From positions 1,798,001-1,862,000 of the forward strand of contig CATNEN010000012.1 of assembly GCA_950097015.1 (NCBI GenBank): a stretch of DNA of 64,000 bases, given 5' to 3'. Below are positions 1-16,300 of the stretch, piece by piece (the stretch's first letter is position 1; each line of letters starts with the position of its first letter). The position numbers and the translations under genes were made by a program. Under the pieces are notes generated by a model, which was given only the letters and a program-made list of their open reading frames with translations, searched no databases and was not told the DNA's origin. This stretch comes from Macrostomum hystrix. Its lineage: Eukaryota > Animalia > Platyhelminthes.

Positions 1-335
1 CTATGCTCAGCGAAGGGTGAAGTAAGCACTCGGTGAAGCGCACAGTACTCTCAGACGAGCAGGTGAGATTTTGTAGTCGAAGAAGTGAAAAAAGGAAGCG
101 CAAGGCTAGGCCTGAGCCTAGGAAACGTGATGAACGGCTGTGACATTGTTTTGCTTTCTCGCCTGGTCAGCCTCTTTGAAGCAGGAGGTAGACTTGCGCT
201 GAATCAATGCTAGCCACCGCAATCATCTCAGCTTTGTTTCTGCTTCATTCGAACTGACTCATGTTTGAGCAGTAAATTATAGGCCTTGTGGCCTATGAAA
301 CAAGCGAAATTCGCAACAATGAAAGCAATCGATTA

Positions 336-3421
<3,086 letters not shown>

Positions 3422-4374
3422 GATTTCGGTCGAGTTTCAGAGCTAAGTATCAGCGAGTAGACATAGCAACAGAATGCTTAGATTATATGCACTATTAATA
3501 TATGGGTTTTAGAGTTCGAAGCACGAGCTAATCAATTAATTACCGCAAGCCCAATGTAGTGCACAACTGCAAATCGGAAATAAAAAAAGCTAATTTGTGT
3601 TCCTGGCAAAAAAACTAGCTTACGAGCAGAAAAGCGTGTCTTTTTCTGTGCTGCCGATGATAGACGCTTCTAGGAAAGATCGATTTTTGAATCAGGCGCG
3701 AAAAAAGGCAGTGAAACAAATGACACCGTCTCCAACGAGTTTGAAAAGCTAGAATATTTTTTTTGCAATTAACTTATTTTAATTAGCACATTTCTATTCT
3801 AATTTCAATTAACAATATAGTAAGCGAATCCATATACATATTCATAGAAAAAATCCTCAAATTAACAATAACGGAAAAACGGAAAAAGCACTAGCACGTG
3901 CTCTAACAGGTAAGCGATGGTGGATTTGAGACTCAGAGTTCGGATTATTAAATTACATTTTCGAATTCGCTATGCAGTGCTTTTTGTATATTCCGTAAGA
4001 ACTGAGAAATTAAGCACATGAAACACAAACTAAAAATTGCCTTAAAAGGAGTTTGATAGTCTATGAATAATAATGTGTTAATCCAATGTATATATATGAA
4101 TACATCTGCGTATCTAAAAATAAGTACGTATTTTCTCTATGCTTTATTTTCTAATTTGTGTACGTATAATGTATATTCTTTTTCAGTAAAACTGATAATG
4201 TTGTTGAATTCATAAGTGAAGTCGACATAAAATACTTTTTTAAACATAAATTTATCACTGGAGTGCTCTTTGCTTGATGTATTTATTGTACGTTTGACAC
4301 ATTTAGTACGAACCAACACCATACGTCCAGACAGCCTCCACTTCCCACACACACAATCGATCTCTACCTAGGTG

Positions 4375-4620
4375 CTGCACCAACCACCTTATCTCTCTGC
4401 CCCAGCTGCTCCACCCACCACCCCATTTTTCTGCCCAGCTGCTGCCCCACCAGCCCATCTCTCCGCCCAGCTGCTGCCCCACCACCCCATTTCTCTGTCC
4501 AGCTGCTGCACCCACCACCCCATTTCTCTGTCCAGCTGCTGCACCCACCCCATTTCTCTGACCAGCTGCTGCACCCACCACCTCATTTCTCTGATCAGCT
4601 GCTGCACTCACCACCTCAAA
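4375..4620. repeat. 33-bp minisatellite (CAGCTGCTGCACCCACCACCCCATTTCTCTGTC), locus 1
   Basis: About 7 units; the same unit occurs at 8587-9000. Confidence 0.95.
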
Positions 4621-5379
4621 TTCTCGCCATGAACAAAAAATAATTTTTAATAAACGCAACAAAAAACGTTTCAGCTAACTATTTATATTCACACTGTAAA
4701 TTTATTATAATAGTGCCAATTCTGAAAGCAGGATAGTCGGCTGATCGATTGGATCACCCAATGACTTGATCATTCAACCAAAGATCCAATACACAGTCAC
4801 TTTAAATTAATTTGACATATTGAAATCAAACTTAGAATTTGCTTAGAATGAACTGTAATTTCATAAATTATAGTCACAAGCCAGTATAACTAACAAGCAA
4901 AGCGCTAGGATGAAATTAAAAATCTACAGTAACTTAAGAGGAGTTTCGGCGAGTACTGATTGATTGTGCTGAATGATAAAAATAAGAACAGCAACACTAA
5001 GAAAATGAAATAGGCCGGCATAATCTGAATGTATTCAAACATATTATGCATAGCTAGGAACCAAAGTAGTATAAGGACAAATAAATGATAAATATCTCTT
5101 AGAAGTAGGTGTGCAAAGTTATAGCCAAATTAGTGCGGACCTAATAGCAACTTCTATGCCGCATAATATAAGTTTATTTAAGGTATATAAAAAATAGAAT
5201 GAAGAACACTGTTATAATACAGGTATTACTAATAACAGTACCTGCGATTGAGTGGAGGAGAAACTGTGGATTGCTGAATGAGTCTAAACTAGAATACCCA
5301 TGTGATAATACGATCCTCAAATTAGAAAAACTGTTTAGTATACAATGGTGGCTTGAATGCTCAAATAACCGAGGGTTCA

Positions 5380-6925
5380 ATGACCTATCTTGGAATCTGT
5401 AGGGATAATGACCTATCTAGGAAACTGTAGGGATAATGACCTATCTAGGAAACTGTAGGGATAATGACCTATCTAGGAAACTGTAGGGATAATGACCGAT
5501 CTAGGAAACTGTAGGGATAATGACCGATCTTATAATGACCGATCTAGGAAACTGTAGGGATAATGACCGATCTAGGAAACTGTAGGGATAATGACCTATC
5601 TAGGAAACTGTAGGGATAATGACCTATCTAGGAAACTGTAGGGATAATGACCGATCTAGGAAACTGTAGGGATAATGACCGATCTTATAATGACCGATCT
5701 AGGAAACTGTAGGGATAATGACCGATCTAGGAAACTGTAGGGATAATGACCTATCTTGGAATCTGTAGGGATAATGACCAATCTAGGAAACTGTAGGGAT
5801 AATGACCTATCTTGGAATCTGTAGGGATAATGACCTATCTTGGAATCTGTAGGGATAATGACCGATCTAGGAAACTGTAGGGATAATGACCGATCTTGGA
5901 ATCTGTAGGGATAATGACCTATCTTGGAAACTGTAGGGATAATGACCAATCTAGGAAACTGTAGGGATAATGACCGATCTAAGAAACTGTAGGGATAATG
6001 ACCGATCTAGGAAACTGTAGGGATAATGACCGATCTAAGAAACTGTAGGGATAATGACCAATCTAAGAAACTGTAGGGATAATGACCGATCTAAGAAACT
6101 GTAGGGATAATGACCAATCTAGGAAACTGTAGGGATAATGACCGATCTAGGAAACTGTAGGGATAATGACCGATCTAGGAAACTGTAGGGATAATGACCA
6201 ATCTAGGAAACTGTAGGGATAATGACCGATCTAAGAAACTGTAGGGATAATGACCAATCTAAGAAACTGTAGGGATAATGACCGATCTAAGAAACTGTAG
6301 GGATAATGACCAATCTAGGAAACTGTAGGGATAATGACCGATCTAGGAAACTGTAGGGATAATGACCGATCTAGGAAACTGTAGGGATAATGACCAATCT
6401 AGGAAACTGTAGGGATAATGACCGATCTAAGAAACTGTAGGGATAATGACCGATCTAGGAAACTGTAGGGATAATGACCGATCTAGGAAACTGTAGGGAT
6501 AATGACCGATCTAAGAAACTGTAGGGATAATGACCGATCTAGGAAACTGTAGGGATAATGACCGATCTAAGAAACTGTAGGGATAATGACCGATCTAAGA
6601 AACTGTAGGGATAATGACCGATCTAGGAAACTGTAGGGATAATGACCTATCTAGGAAACTGAAGGTATAATGACCGATTTAGGAAACTGTAGGGATAATG
6701 ACCGATCTAAGAAACTGTAGGGATAATGACCGATCTAGGAAACTGTAGGGATAATGACCGATCTAGGAAACTGTAGGGATAATGACCGATCTAAGAAACT
6801 GTAGGGATAATGACCGATCTAAGAAACTGTAGGGATAATGACCGATCTAAGAAACTGTAGGGATAATGACCTATCTAGGAAACTGAAGGTATAATGACCG
6901 ATTTAGGAAACTGTAGGGGAAATGA
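5380..6925. repeat. 28-bp minisatellite (TCTAGGAAACTGTAGGGATAATGACCGA)
   Basis: About 55 tandem units. Confidence 0.97.
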
Positions 6926-7524
6926 CCGCCAAAGTAGGGTTCCTTAAAAAAATTCGACTCTAAAAAAAGCAATCAAGTAGCAGTTTCAAGGTTAAATTGC
7001 ACCAACTTTTTCAACTAGGGCCTACGCACGAAAAAACTAAATAAAATGTTTACATATATCATCTAGTCATAAATTATTATTTAACGAACTGTGCATGAAG
7101 AATAAAAGAATAACTGATTGCTATAAATTTCAGATTATTCAGAAAAAAACTGCAATTGTATGGCACGTCAGACAACGCTAGTCATAATTGACCAGACGAT
7201 TGTCCGAACAATGCGATTTATTATCGACTGTGAGACAACAGCAGACTACTGCAAGTAGCATTCAGCAAAAATGCTGCACCACCTGCCTAACAAAGTAACG
7301 GGTGAGCATTCTCTCTAACATGTGTCTAATGGAACGCAACAGTATTAAATTTTGAGAAATGTGGATACAATGGAAACAATCAAGGATAAATTAGCACAAA
7401 AACTAAGCTTCTGAACTTAAAAAGCGTTGGATAAAATAGAAACAAAAATAGCTTTCATCGAAATATTAAAATACAATCGAATGATGATCACCGTATCCCG
7501 CTTGCGAAGTAGCCCCTGCACCTG

Positions 7525-8120
7525 AGGCTGTAACTAAGGACAATTGACCAACTCTGAGACTGTAACTAAGGACAATTGACCAACTCTGAGACTGTAACTA
7601 AGGACAATTGACCAACTCTGGGGCTGTAACTAAGGACAATTGACCAACTCTGGGGCTGTAACTATGTATGACCTACTCTGGGGCTGTAACTATGTATGAC
7701 CTACTCTGGGGCTGTAACTATGTATGACCTACTCTGGGGCTGTAACTATGTATGACCTACTCTGGGGCTGTAACTATGTATGACCTACTCTGGGGCTGTA
7801 ACTATGTATGACCTACTCTGGGGCTGTAACTATGTATGACCTACTCTGGGGCTGTAACTATGTATGACCTACTCTGGGGCTGTAACTATGTATGACCTAC
7901 TCTGGGGCTGTAACTATGTATGACCTACTCTGGGGCTGTAACTATGTATGACCTACTCTGGGGCTGTAACTAAGGACAATTGACCAACTCTGAGGCTGTA
8001 ACTATGTATGACCTACTCTGGGGCTGTAACTATGTATGACCTACTCTGGGGCTGTAACTATGTATGACCTACTCTGGGGCTGTAACTATGTATGACCTAC
8101 TCTGGGGCTGTAACTAAGGA
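7525..8120. repeat. 28/32-bp minisatellite (CTCTGGGGCTGTAACTATGTATGACCTA and a 32-bp variant)
   Basis: About 20 units of two interspersed unit types. Confidence 0.97.
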
Positions 8121-8586
8121 TAATAGAAATAAAAAGCTAGCAAAGCAGACGATAGTGCCAGCGGATTATGCGAGGAGAACAGGTAAAAATAATCTTCACA
8201 GATAGATTCGGGTAAGAATATGGTGTACTGCATGAGATGAATAATTTAACAAGAAATTAGTATTATTAATTAGTGACGTTCCTACTGACAGACAATAGAA
8301 TAAAAAGTAGGACAATAGGAGTTACTGAAAATAAACGATGAGCCAAAGTAGAAGCTTAATTGCGATTTTTATTTTTAAAAAGCCCAAAATCAAATTAAAA
8401 AACCAAAACATTAGTACCAGTCATTTCAATAAAGAAATTCATCACAGTTTGGTGCCAATGCAAGATGGGGAACAATCCACAGGTGGGAAAAAAGTAGAAA
8501 ATTGGAGCGAAAAAATACATGCATCCCATATTTATATAAAAAACAACTCACTGGACGGCCGACGAAAACATATGACAAGACTCTAA

Positions 8587-9000
8587 GTGCAGCTGCACCC
8601 ACTACCCAATTTCTCTGTCCAGCTGCTGCACCCGCCACACCATTTCTCTGTCCAGCTGCTGCATCCACCACCCCATTTCTCTGACCAGCTGCTGCACCCA
8701 CCACTCCATTTCTCTGTCCAGCTGCTGCATCCACCACCCCATTTCTCTGACCAGCTGCTGCACCCACCACCCCATTTCTCTGACCAGCTGCTGCACCCAC
8801 CACCCCATTTCTCTGTCCAGCTGCTGCACCAACCACCCCATTTCTCTGTCCAGCTGCTGCACCCACCACCCCATTTCTCTGTCCAGCTGCTGCACTTAAC
8901 ATCTCATTTTTCTGACCAGCAGCCTCAGCCACCACCCCAATTTCTCTGTCCGGCAGCTGCACCCAGCACCCCATTTCTCTGTCGAGTTGCTGCTCCCACA
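8587..9000. repeat. 33-bp minisatellite, locus 2
   Basis: About 12 units. Confidence 0.95.
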
Positions 9001-9611
9001 ACATGATTTTATCGATCAAGCCGCTGCGTCAAACTTATTTAATTTGGCCGCTTCGCAACAAGTACTAAATTGCGAAGGCCTAGGTATTTTCAGTAGCCCA
9101 TCCAGTGGTGTTAGCATTGGTTGCGTAGAATTTTGCAAACTAAAATTCTAAATACCAACCAAATGGAGTTAGATAGACACTAATTCGAAAAAATTCCCTA
9201 GTGTGTCAATGGTGATAGATAAATTAAAATAAACAGCAAATAAATTAAGTGTTTAAGACGGAACTAGAACTTATAACTATGGGATCTAAAATTAATATAA
9301 TAAAAAGTCTTAAAACACAAGAATATAATAGCATAATTTCTGACTGGTGCAGTAGACTGGAGTGCATTGAATTTACAAGTGATCAATTGACGGCAACAGA
9401 AGCTGAGGATGTGAAAGTCGAAAATCAGAAAGAGGACAAAATAAAAGCCGGCAATATAAGAAGCGCATGCTGGGTAAAGATTATAAAACAATTCTAACTA
9501 TCAGTAAGTTGATGATTGTGCAATCGAATAATTTAGAGTAGTCTTAAATTAACAAATGAATAGCTACTACGAAAATAGGATCAATATATATCAATAGAAT
9601 CAATATGTAGC

Positions 9612-10262
9612 TCAGGCTGGCTCCACATAATTGGCCGGGTAGAGACCAACCCGGGCGTCCTTGCGACCCTTACACCAGCCTTGCTCGTCTTCGTCGTCAA
9701 GCTTCTCGAAAACGTCGCCTAAATGGAATAAGAAAATCGAAATCAGAATACATTTTTAATTTAGGCAATTTATAAAGCAGTTAAGTTAGTGCAAAAACTC
9801 CTTATTATACTACTTATGATTCCTGTTAAGTAGCACGCATAGAAAATCACTACTATAATTTGTGCTAAACTCACCGGCCATGAAGGATAGTTCATCCTCC
9901 TCTGTACCCGCGTAGTCGTACAGAGCTCGCACCGGTACGCCGTGCCGACCGTCATCTTCCAGGGCGCCTGAAGCTGAGCCGTCAGCTGCCTGCGGCGGCA
10001 TCTCGTCGTCGAACGGATTGGAACTGGCAAATCGGTGAGGAAATTTGTTAGAATGAGAGTATATATTAGAGAGAGTTGGAATGAAATATATAAAACGAGC
10101 GAAATATTGAATCTAAAAATCAGCAGCCTCATAAAGGATTATCTAAAACATTAGATTAGAAGAATAAGAACTGTTAGAAATTAGAAAATAGGTTTCGTTA
10201 TTAGTTGTTATTAGATTAGGAGTCACCAATGGCAGAGAAATAATACAGAAAAACAGACGGGC

Positions 10263-10358
<96 letters not shown>

Positions 10359-13300
10359 TGCTATTGCATTATTGCAACTGCTATTACAGACGAACGATTA
10401 ACCGTTTTAGCACGCCAATGTTGTCAAAAACTCGCGTACATAAATGAATTAGCAAATTGAAATTAAAACTGGGTTACAAAATCAAGTCGAATTGTCCGCA
10501 TACCAAAGCAAAAAGCGAATAATCAGATTCAGATAAAAGCACAGCAGGTTAATTAATGAACACCGTTTGCATAAATCTCATACATACTAAATATTTGGAA
10601 TCGTTAATTAACAATAGGACTAATCAAGCCATTTTACCGCCCATTTTTATACTAAGGGGGATTTCCCCAGACATTTCTTGGCAGCGCCCGAATGCTAACA
10701 GCGTTGGGTGGTGACTGATTGGCTGACAGACTAGGCGATGGTGTCCTGTGTTTGAGCTGCGCCTAATATTTAGACTTGATCAGGGAAATTGGAGAAATTT
10801 GCGTAGGGTGTCCATAGTGGCCTAGTTTCACCTGTTGCAGCCCTTGAAGGTCCAGCAGTCCGTCTAGATAAAGGTAGGTGACCACCGAAGACGGAGATGA
10901 TGCAGGCACATTCGGGTGACATGCTGATCAATTTTGAAGGCCTGGCAAGGCCGCACTGAAGCGCAGTGCTAATTTGTGTATAGGGGTGTATGAAATACAC
11001 TAGCTCTTATGGGAAAAATCTGACCTTCGGCCAGAAACATTGAATATCTCGACGGTCTGAAGAGCTGGCGACTTGGTTCTTGTTTCAGAAGATGCGCAAC
11101 AAAAAGTTGGCCCGTGTTCTTGAGTTTCGTGCGCTTGCGTTGCTCTATTCGTGTGCAGCACAACAAATGGTCAGGGGGGAATTCCCCCATTGGTAGTTCT
11201 ACTGATAACAAACAAAGCCGCATAATTTTCTTTGCGAAACCAACAATAAGCATTAAAATTGCTATAGCAATTTTTTGTCTGTTGCTGTTGTTATGGGATT
11301 AAGCTAGTGTGATTAAGCGCAGAACTCTTATAAATCTCTTATACTTGTCTGCAGGTCGTGAATTAGTCGGCTCAGCAAACGGATTCAAACTGTCGCTATA
11401 GGCTGAGGCTGGCCGAGCTTGTTGACTTCGAGTTGGCTGCTGCTGCTGCTGTGATCGCCTTCAGTGCGAAAGAAAACACACAATGCAATGTGACAAGAAA
11501 ATGAAACTAAAATAAAACAAAACAAAAATTAAATTAAACTCAAACTGAGGATTTAGGATTGGGGAATTCCAGTGTGGGATTAGGATTGTGGAATTACAAT
11601 GTGGGATAAGGATTGTGGAATTCCAATGTGGGATAAGGATTGTGGAATTACAATGTGGGATTAGGATTGTGGAATTCTAATGTGGAATTAGGATTGTGGA
11701 ACTCCAATGTGGGATTAGGATTGTGGAATTCCAATGTGGGATTAGGATTGTGGAATTCCAATGTGGGATTAGGATTGTGGAATTCTAATGTGGGATTAGG
11801 ATTGTGGAATTCCAATGTGGAATTAGGATTGTGGAATTCCAATGTGGGATTAGGATTGTGGAATTCCAATGTGGAATTAGGATTGTGGAACTCCAATGTG
11901 GGATTAGGATTGTGGAATTCTAATGTGGGATTAGGATTGTGGAATTCCAATGTGGAATTAGGATTGTGGAACTCCAATGTGGGATTAGGATTGTGGAATT
12001 CTAATGTGGGATAAGGATTGTGGAATTACAATGTGGGATAAGGATTGTGGAATTACAATGTGGGATAAGGATTGTGGAATTACAATGTGGGATAAGGATT
12101 GTGGAATTACAATGTGGGATAAGGATTGTGGAATTACAATGTGGGATAAGGATTGTGGAATTACAATGTGGGATAAGGATTGTGGAATTACAATGTGGGA
12201 TAAGGATTGTGGAATTACAATGTGGGATAAGGATTGTGGAATTACAATGTGGGATAAGGATTGTGGAATTACAATGTGGGATAAGGATTGTGGAATTACA
12301 ATGTGGGATAAGGATTGTGGAATTCTAATGTGGGATTAGGATTGTGGAATTACAATGTGGGATAAGGATTGTGGAATTACAATGTGGGATAAGGATTGGG
12401 GATTCCAGTGTGGGATTAGGATTGGGGATTCCAGTGTGGGATTAGGATTGGGGATTCCAGTGTGGGATTAGGATTGGGGATTCCAGTGTGGGATTAGGAT
12501 TGGGGATTCCAGTGTGGGATTAGGATTGGGGATTCCAGTGTGGGATTAGGATTGGGGATTCCAGTGTGGGATTAGCATAGGGCATTCCAATATTGGATCT
12601 ATATCTGGTACACAACGGTCAATTTAACGGTCAACCAAATTTACGAGTGCAGCGCAATGACAACATTTAAATTGAATTGCTAAAAGTACAACATTTTAAT
12701 CCATTAGCAGAAATTCTAAAAAGTAAATAAGCAATTACTATCAGAGTACAACGGAATTGTTATGAAAAACTACCGCGCCCTCTAAATGTCTAGCGATGCA
12801 AGCATTGATGCATTATATATTCAAATAAAACTTGTGCGCATAATCACCTGTAATTATCACCAGTGGGACTATCAGTGTCGTTACTCTGCTGCTGCTGTTG
12901 CAGCTGCTGACCGCTGTTGCGAGCATTGCTGCCGCCCACGCCGCCCCCGCCACGACCAGCTGGTTCGTCGGCAGTTAGACTCGAGCCGCCAGACTTTTTA
13001 CCGCGAACGCTGCCACTGCCGCCGCCGCCGCCTTCGCCAGAGCTGGCGGCGCCGAATTCCTCAAACTGAGGCCACTGGGCGGGCATGCAGTCGCCGTGGT
13101 TCTGGGCCCACCAGCGCAGATCTTGCGTAGCATCGGCGCGTTGAATTGTGTGGAGCAGATTGTCGTAGGTTTCCGGAATGCTGGCGGGTGTTTAGGAAGG
13201 GGGGATTGGCGGAGAGACTATGAGGCTGCGCGAGGTCTAATGACGATTCAAGAGTTGCTTCGAAAATTTCTTGTACTATTATTTAGCGCAACTCTTAGAG

Positions 13301-16300
13301 TTTAAATTTTAAACTATTAGACGATTAACCAGTTTGTTAGACATTGGATAACCTGTTCGACATTGGATAACCTGTTAATTATACATTGGGTAACCTATTT
13401 GTTAGACATTGGGTAACCTGTTAGACATTGGGTAACCTATTTGTTAGACATTGGGCAACCTATTTGTTAGACATTGGGTAACCTGTTCGACATTGGATAA
13501 CCTGTTAGACATTGGGGAACCCTGTGTGTTCGACATTGGGTAACCTGTTAGACATTGGGTAACCTATTTGTTCGACATTGGATAACCTGTTAGACATTGG
13601 GTAACCTGTTCGACATTGGGTAACCCTGTGTGTTCGACATTGGGTAACCTGTTAGACATTGGGTAACCTGTTAGACATTGGGTAACCTGTTAGACATTGG
13701 GAAACATGTTAGACATTGGGTAACCTGTTAGACATTGGATTACCTGTTAGAAATTGGGTACCCTGTCAGACATTACAATTCACAGCTGTAAGACTTAGGG
13801 TAAGTGGCAATACAGAATTAGATTTCGATAATTCCAAAACAGCCAAAGACTCAGAAATTTCTTGAGAATAAATAAAAATAAATCTAATCTGACTGGACTA
13901 TGCTTTAACCTTAATTTAAACACACAATTCATTGAATATGCATAGCAGAGAAAGTACATCGTATAATCTATGAAACTAGTAATCGCATTAATCTAAGATC
14001 CGTAGACAGAGGAGACAGTTCTAACATGCATCATTTCTGAACTGGTATTTGTACGCCCAGGGCAGGAGAGGTCGGACCGGGGAAGCCCTGGGGAAATTTG
14101 TCGCAGAAAGATTCACAGAAAGGCGAGGCATCTAATCCCGCACTAACTCCTGCGTTCAATTCCCTCTTCTACCATATATAGCCGTCACAGAGCCCGCCAC
14201 CTTAGATTGCTCCATTGCTCCAAGGAAGGAAGAACTAGGCTTAAATATATATTTCAATCTATCAAAGAATTCAAGAATGAGAGGCTAAGACCCTTCAATT
14301 ATCAATTGTATAGCTGCGCTGGACTCACTTTCACTGCTCACTGTGCGATTTGATGAGCATTGTAGCTGACATTGTGAGATGGTAGGGTCAGACGGTAGAC
14401 AGTGAGATAGTAGACAGTGAGACGGTAGACAGTGAGATAGTAGACAGTGAGATAGTAGACAGTGAGATAGTAGACAGTGAGACGGTAGACAGTGAGACGG
14501 TAGACAGTGAGACGGTAGACAGTGAGACGGTAGACAGTGAGACGGTAGACAGTGAGACGGTAGACAGTGAGACGGTAGACAGTGAGACGGTAGGCAGTGA
14601 GACGGTAGACAGTGACACGGTAGACAGTGAGACGGTAGACAGTGAGACTGTCTGGTCAATGGCTTGAATGATTGGTCAAGAGAGGAGTATATAGATAGAA
14701 ATTAAACCTAGTCGAGACATTGGTGGGTCCAGATCACACGCACCCAAATTACTAAACAACTAGTCCTGATAGCCATTTTACACCTGGGTGGAGATAAGCA
14801 CAAGGGAATTTAGTGTCTGTTCTACGACGCAAATCGTCTCCCTTGAGATTCGAACTTCTGACCTCCTCTCGGTGAGAAGTCCAAAGCTCTACCCCGGCTG
14901 GGCTACAACCTACAAGCTCCCAAGGTAGATAATTGAGCAAAGAAATGGCTGAGCTCAGCTCAGAGCAGCGGTGGCAGCTGACTAGAGCAATTATCATGCA
15001 ATCAGCTGACACAGGGGGAGAGCCAGTAAACTAAGGGGAAGGTGGGGATAAAAGAAAATAGCCGGCCAGTGTGTTCTAGCTGTAAAGTAAGGAGGATAGA
15101 AAACTGCGACACAACACGCACACACGCCCTGGCAAACACACACACACACGACAGGCCAGGCCAACTAAAGCAAAGCAAGGAAACTGCAGAGAGAGAGGAG
15201 GCGTGGCGAAGCAAGCAGAGAGGGAGGACAAGGGAAAGAAAAAATGGGAAGAATAGTGCAGAGAGAGAGATGGGAGATGGGTGAGACTTCTAGCTAAAGA
15301 AGCGAGGAGTGCAGAGTGTGAATGTGTGTGTGTCTGTGGTCAAAGAGGCAAAGACTTTTGAGTAGTTATGTGGGTTTAGCCGGGGAATCGAGGCGGCAGC
15401 GGAGGCTCAGAAAGTCCAGCAGACAGAGGTGCGCGGGTGCCTATGGGGAGGGGATCGAGACACAGGGAGCACGGGGAGCTGCTGCGTATCCGGCTATGGA
15501 AAAAGTAGAGAAAAGTAAGCGCGATGGAAGCCGAGCATGCGTCCCGACAACCAAATCGACTGGATCAAGTTTGATTGGCTAGCTATGTAGTCAATTGGGC
15601 CATAGACTATGCATTAAAAAAGATAACTCCTTAGTTTTAACATTGTTAGACTACAGCGATTATTATATAAGCGATTATTATAGTAATAGTAATATTAATA
15701 ATAATTGTTTACACCTGCGAGAGTTAGGCCATGTGCAAGCGCAGCTATTGCGCGGCGCATCTGAATGCTGCGTACGGCTGTTTTATTTCATGGACTGGGG
15801 GACGCCACACCCAGCTAATGCTGGTAGACATTGAATAGCTGGGTAAGATGAAACAGAGTTAAGCATCTTGCTAAAGGACACACCATTTTTTCAGTGAAAT
15901 TAAGAACCGAATCACTGACCTTCAAGTCGTGAGTCTGAAGCTTTTCGCAACGACCTCTACAAGATAGCTAGATAAGTATCTAGGTAGGCGCAGGTAGGCA
16001 GCTAACCAATACAACTAGGCCAGATAGACAGAGGCGGAGAGACCAGCAGAGATGTGGACAGACAAGCAGAGATGTGGACAGACAAGCAGAGATGTGGACA
16101 GACAAGCAGAGAGACAGACAGACAAGCAGAGATGTGGACAGACAAGCAGAGATGTGGACAGACAAGCAGAGAGGTGGACAGACAAGCAGAGAGGTGGACA
16201 GACAAGCAGAGATGTGGACAGACAAGCAGAGAGGTGGACAGACAAGCAGAGAGGTGGACAGACAAGCAGAGAGGTGGACAGACAAGCAGAGAGGTGGACA

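Noticed and set aside
190-240. Candidate STK32 exon 4 (AEMIAVAS...)
   Set aside because: It lacks the expected APE motif and hits a stop; the true exon is probably outside the window.
5380-8120. CRISPR-like appearance of regular 28-32-bp repeats
   Set aside because: Units are head-to-tail with no unique spacers, there are no cas genes, and the context is eukaryotic.
9249-9497. 82-aa plus-strand ORF
   Set aside because: AT-rich and antisense to the probable PACSIN 3' UTR, with no recognisable motif.
10770-11302. Recurrent 60-95-aa ORFs in the MITE copies (also 19410-19909, 48292-48713)
   Set aside because: Short, frame-disrupted between copies and without transposase motifs.
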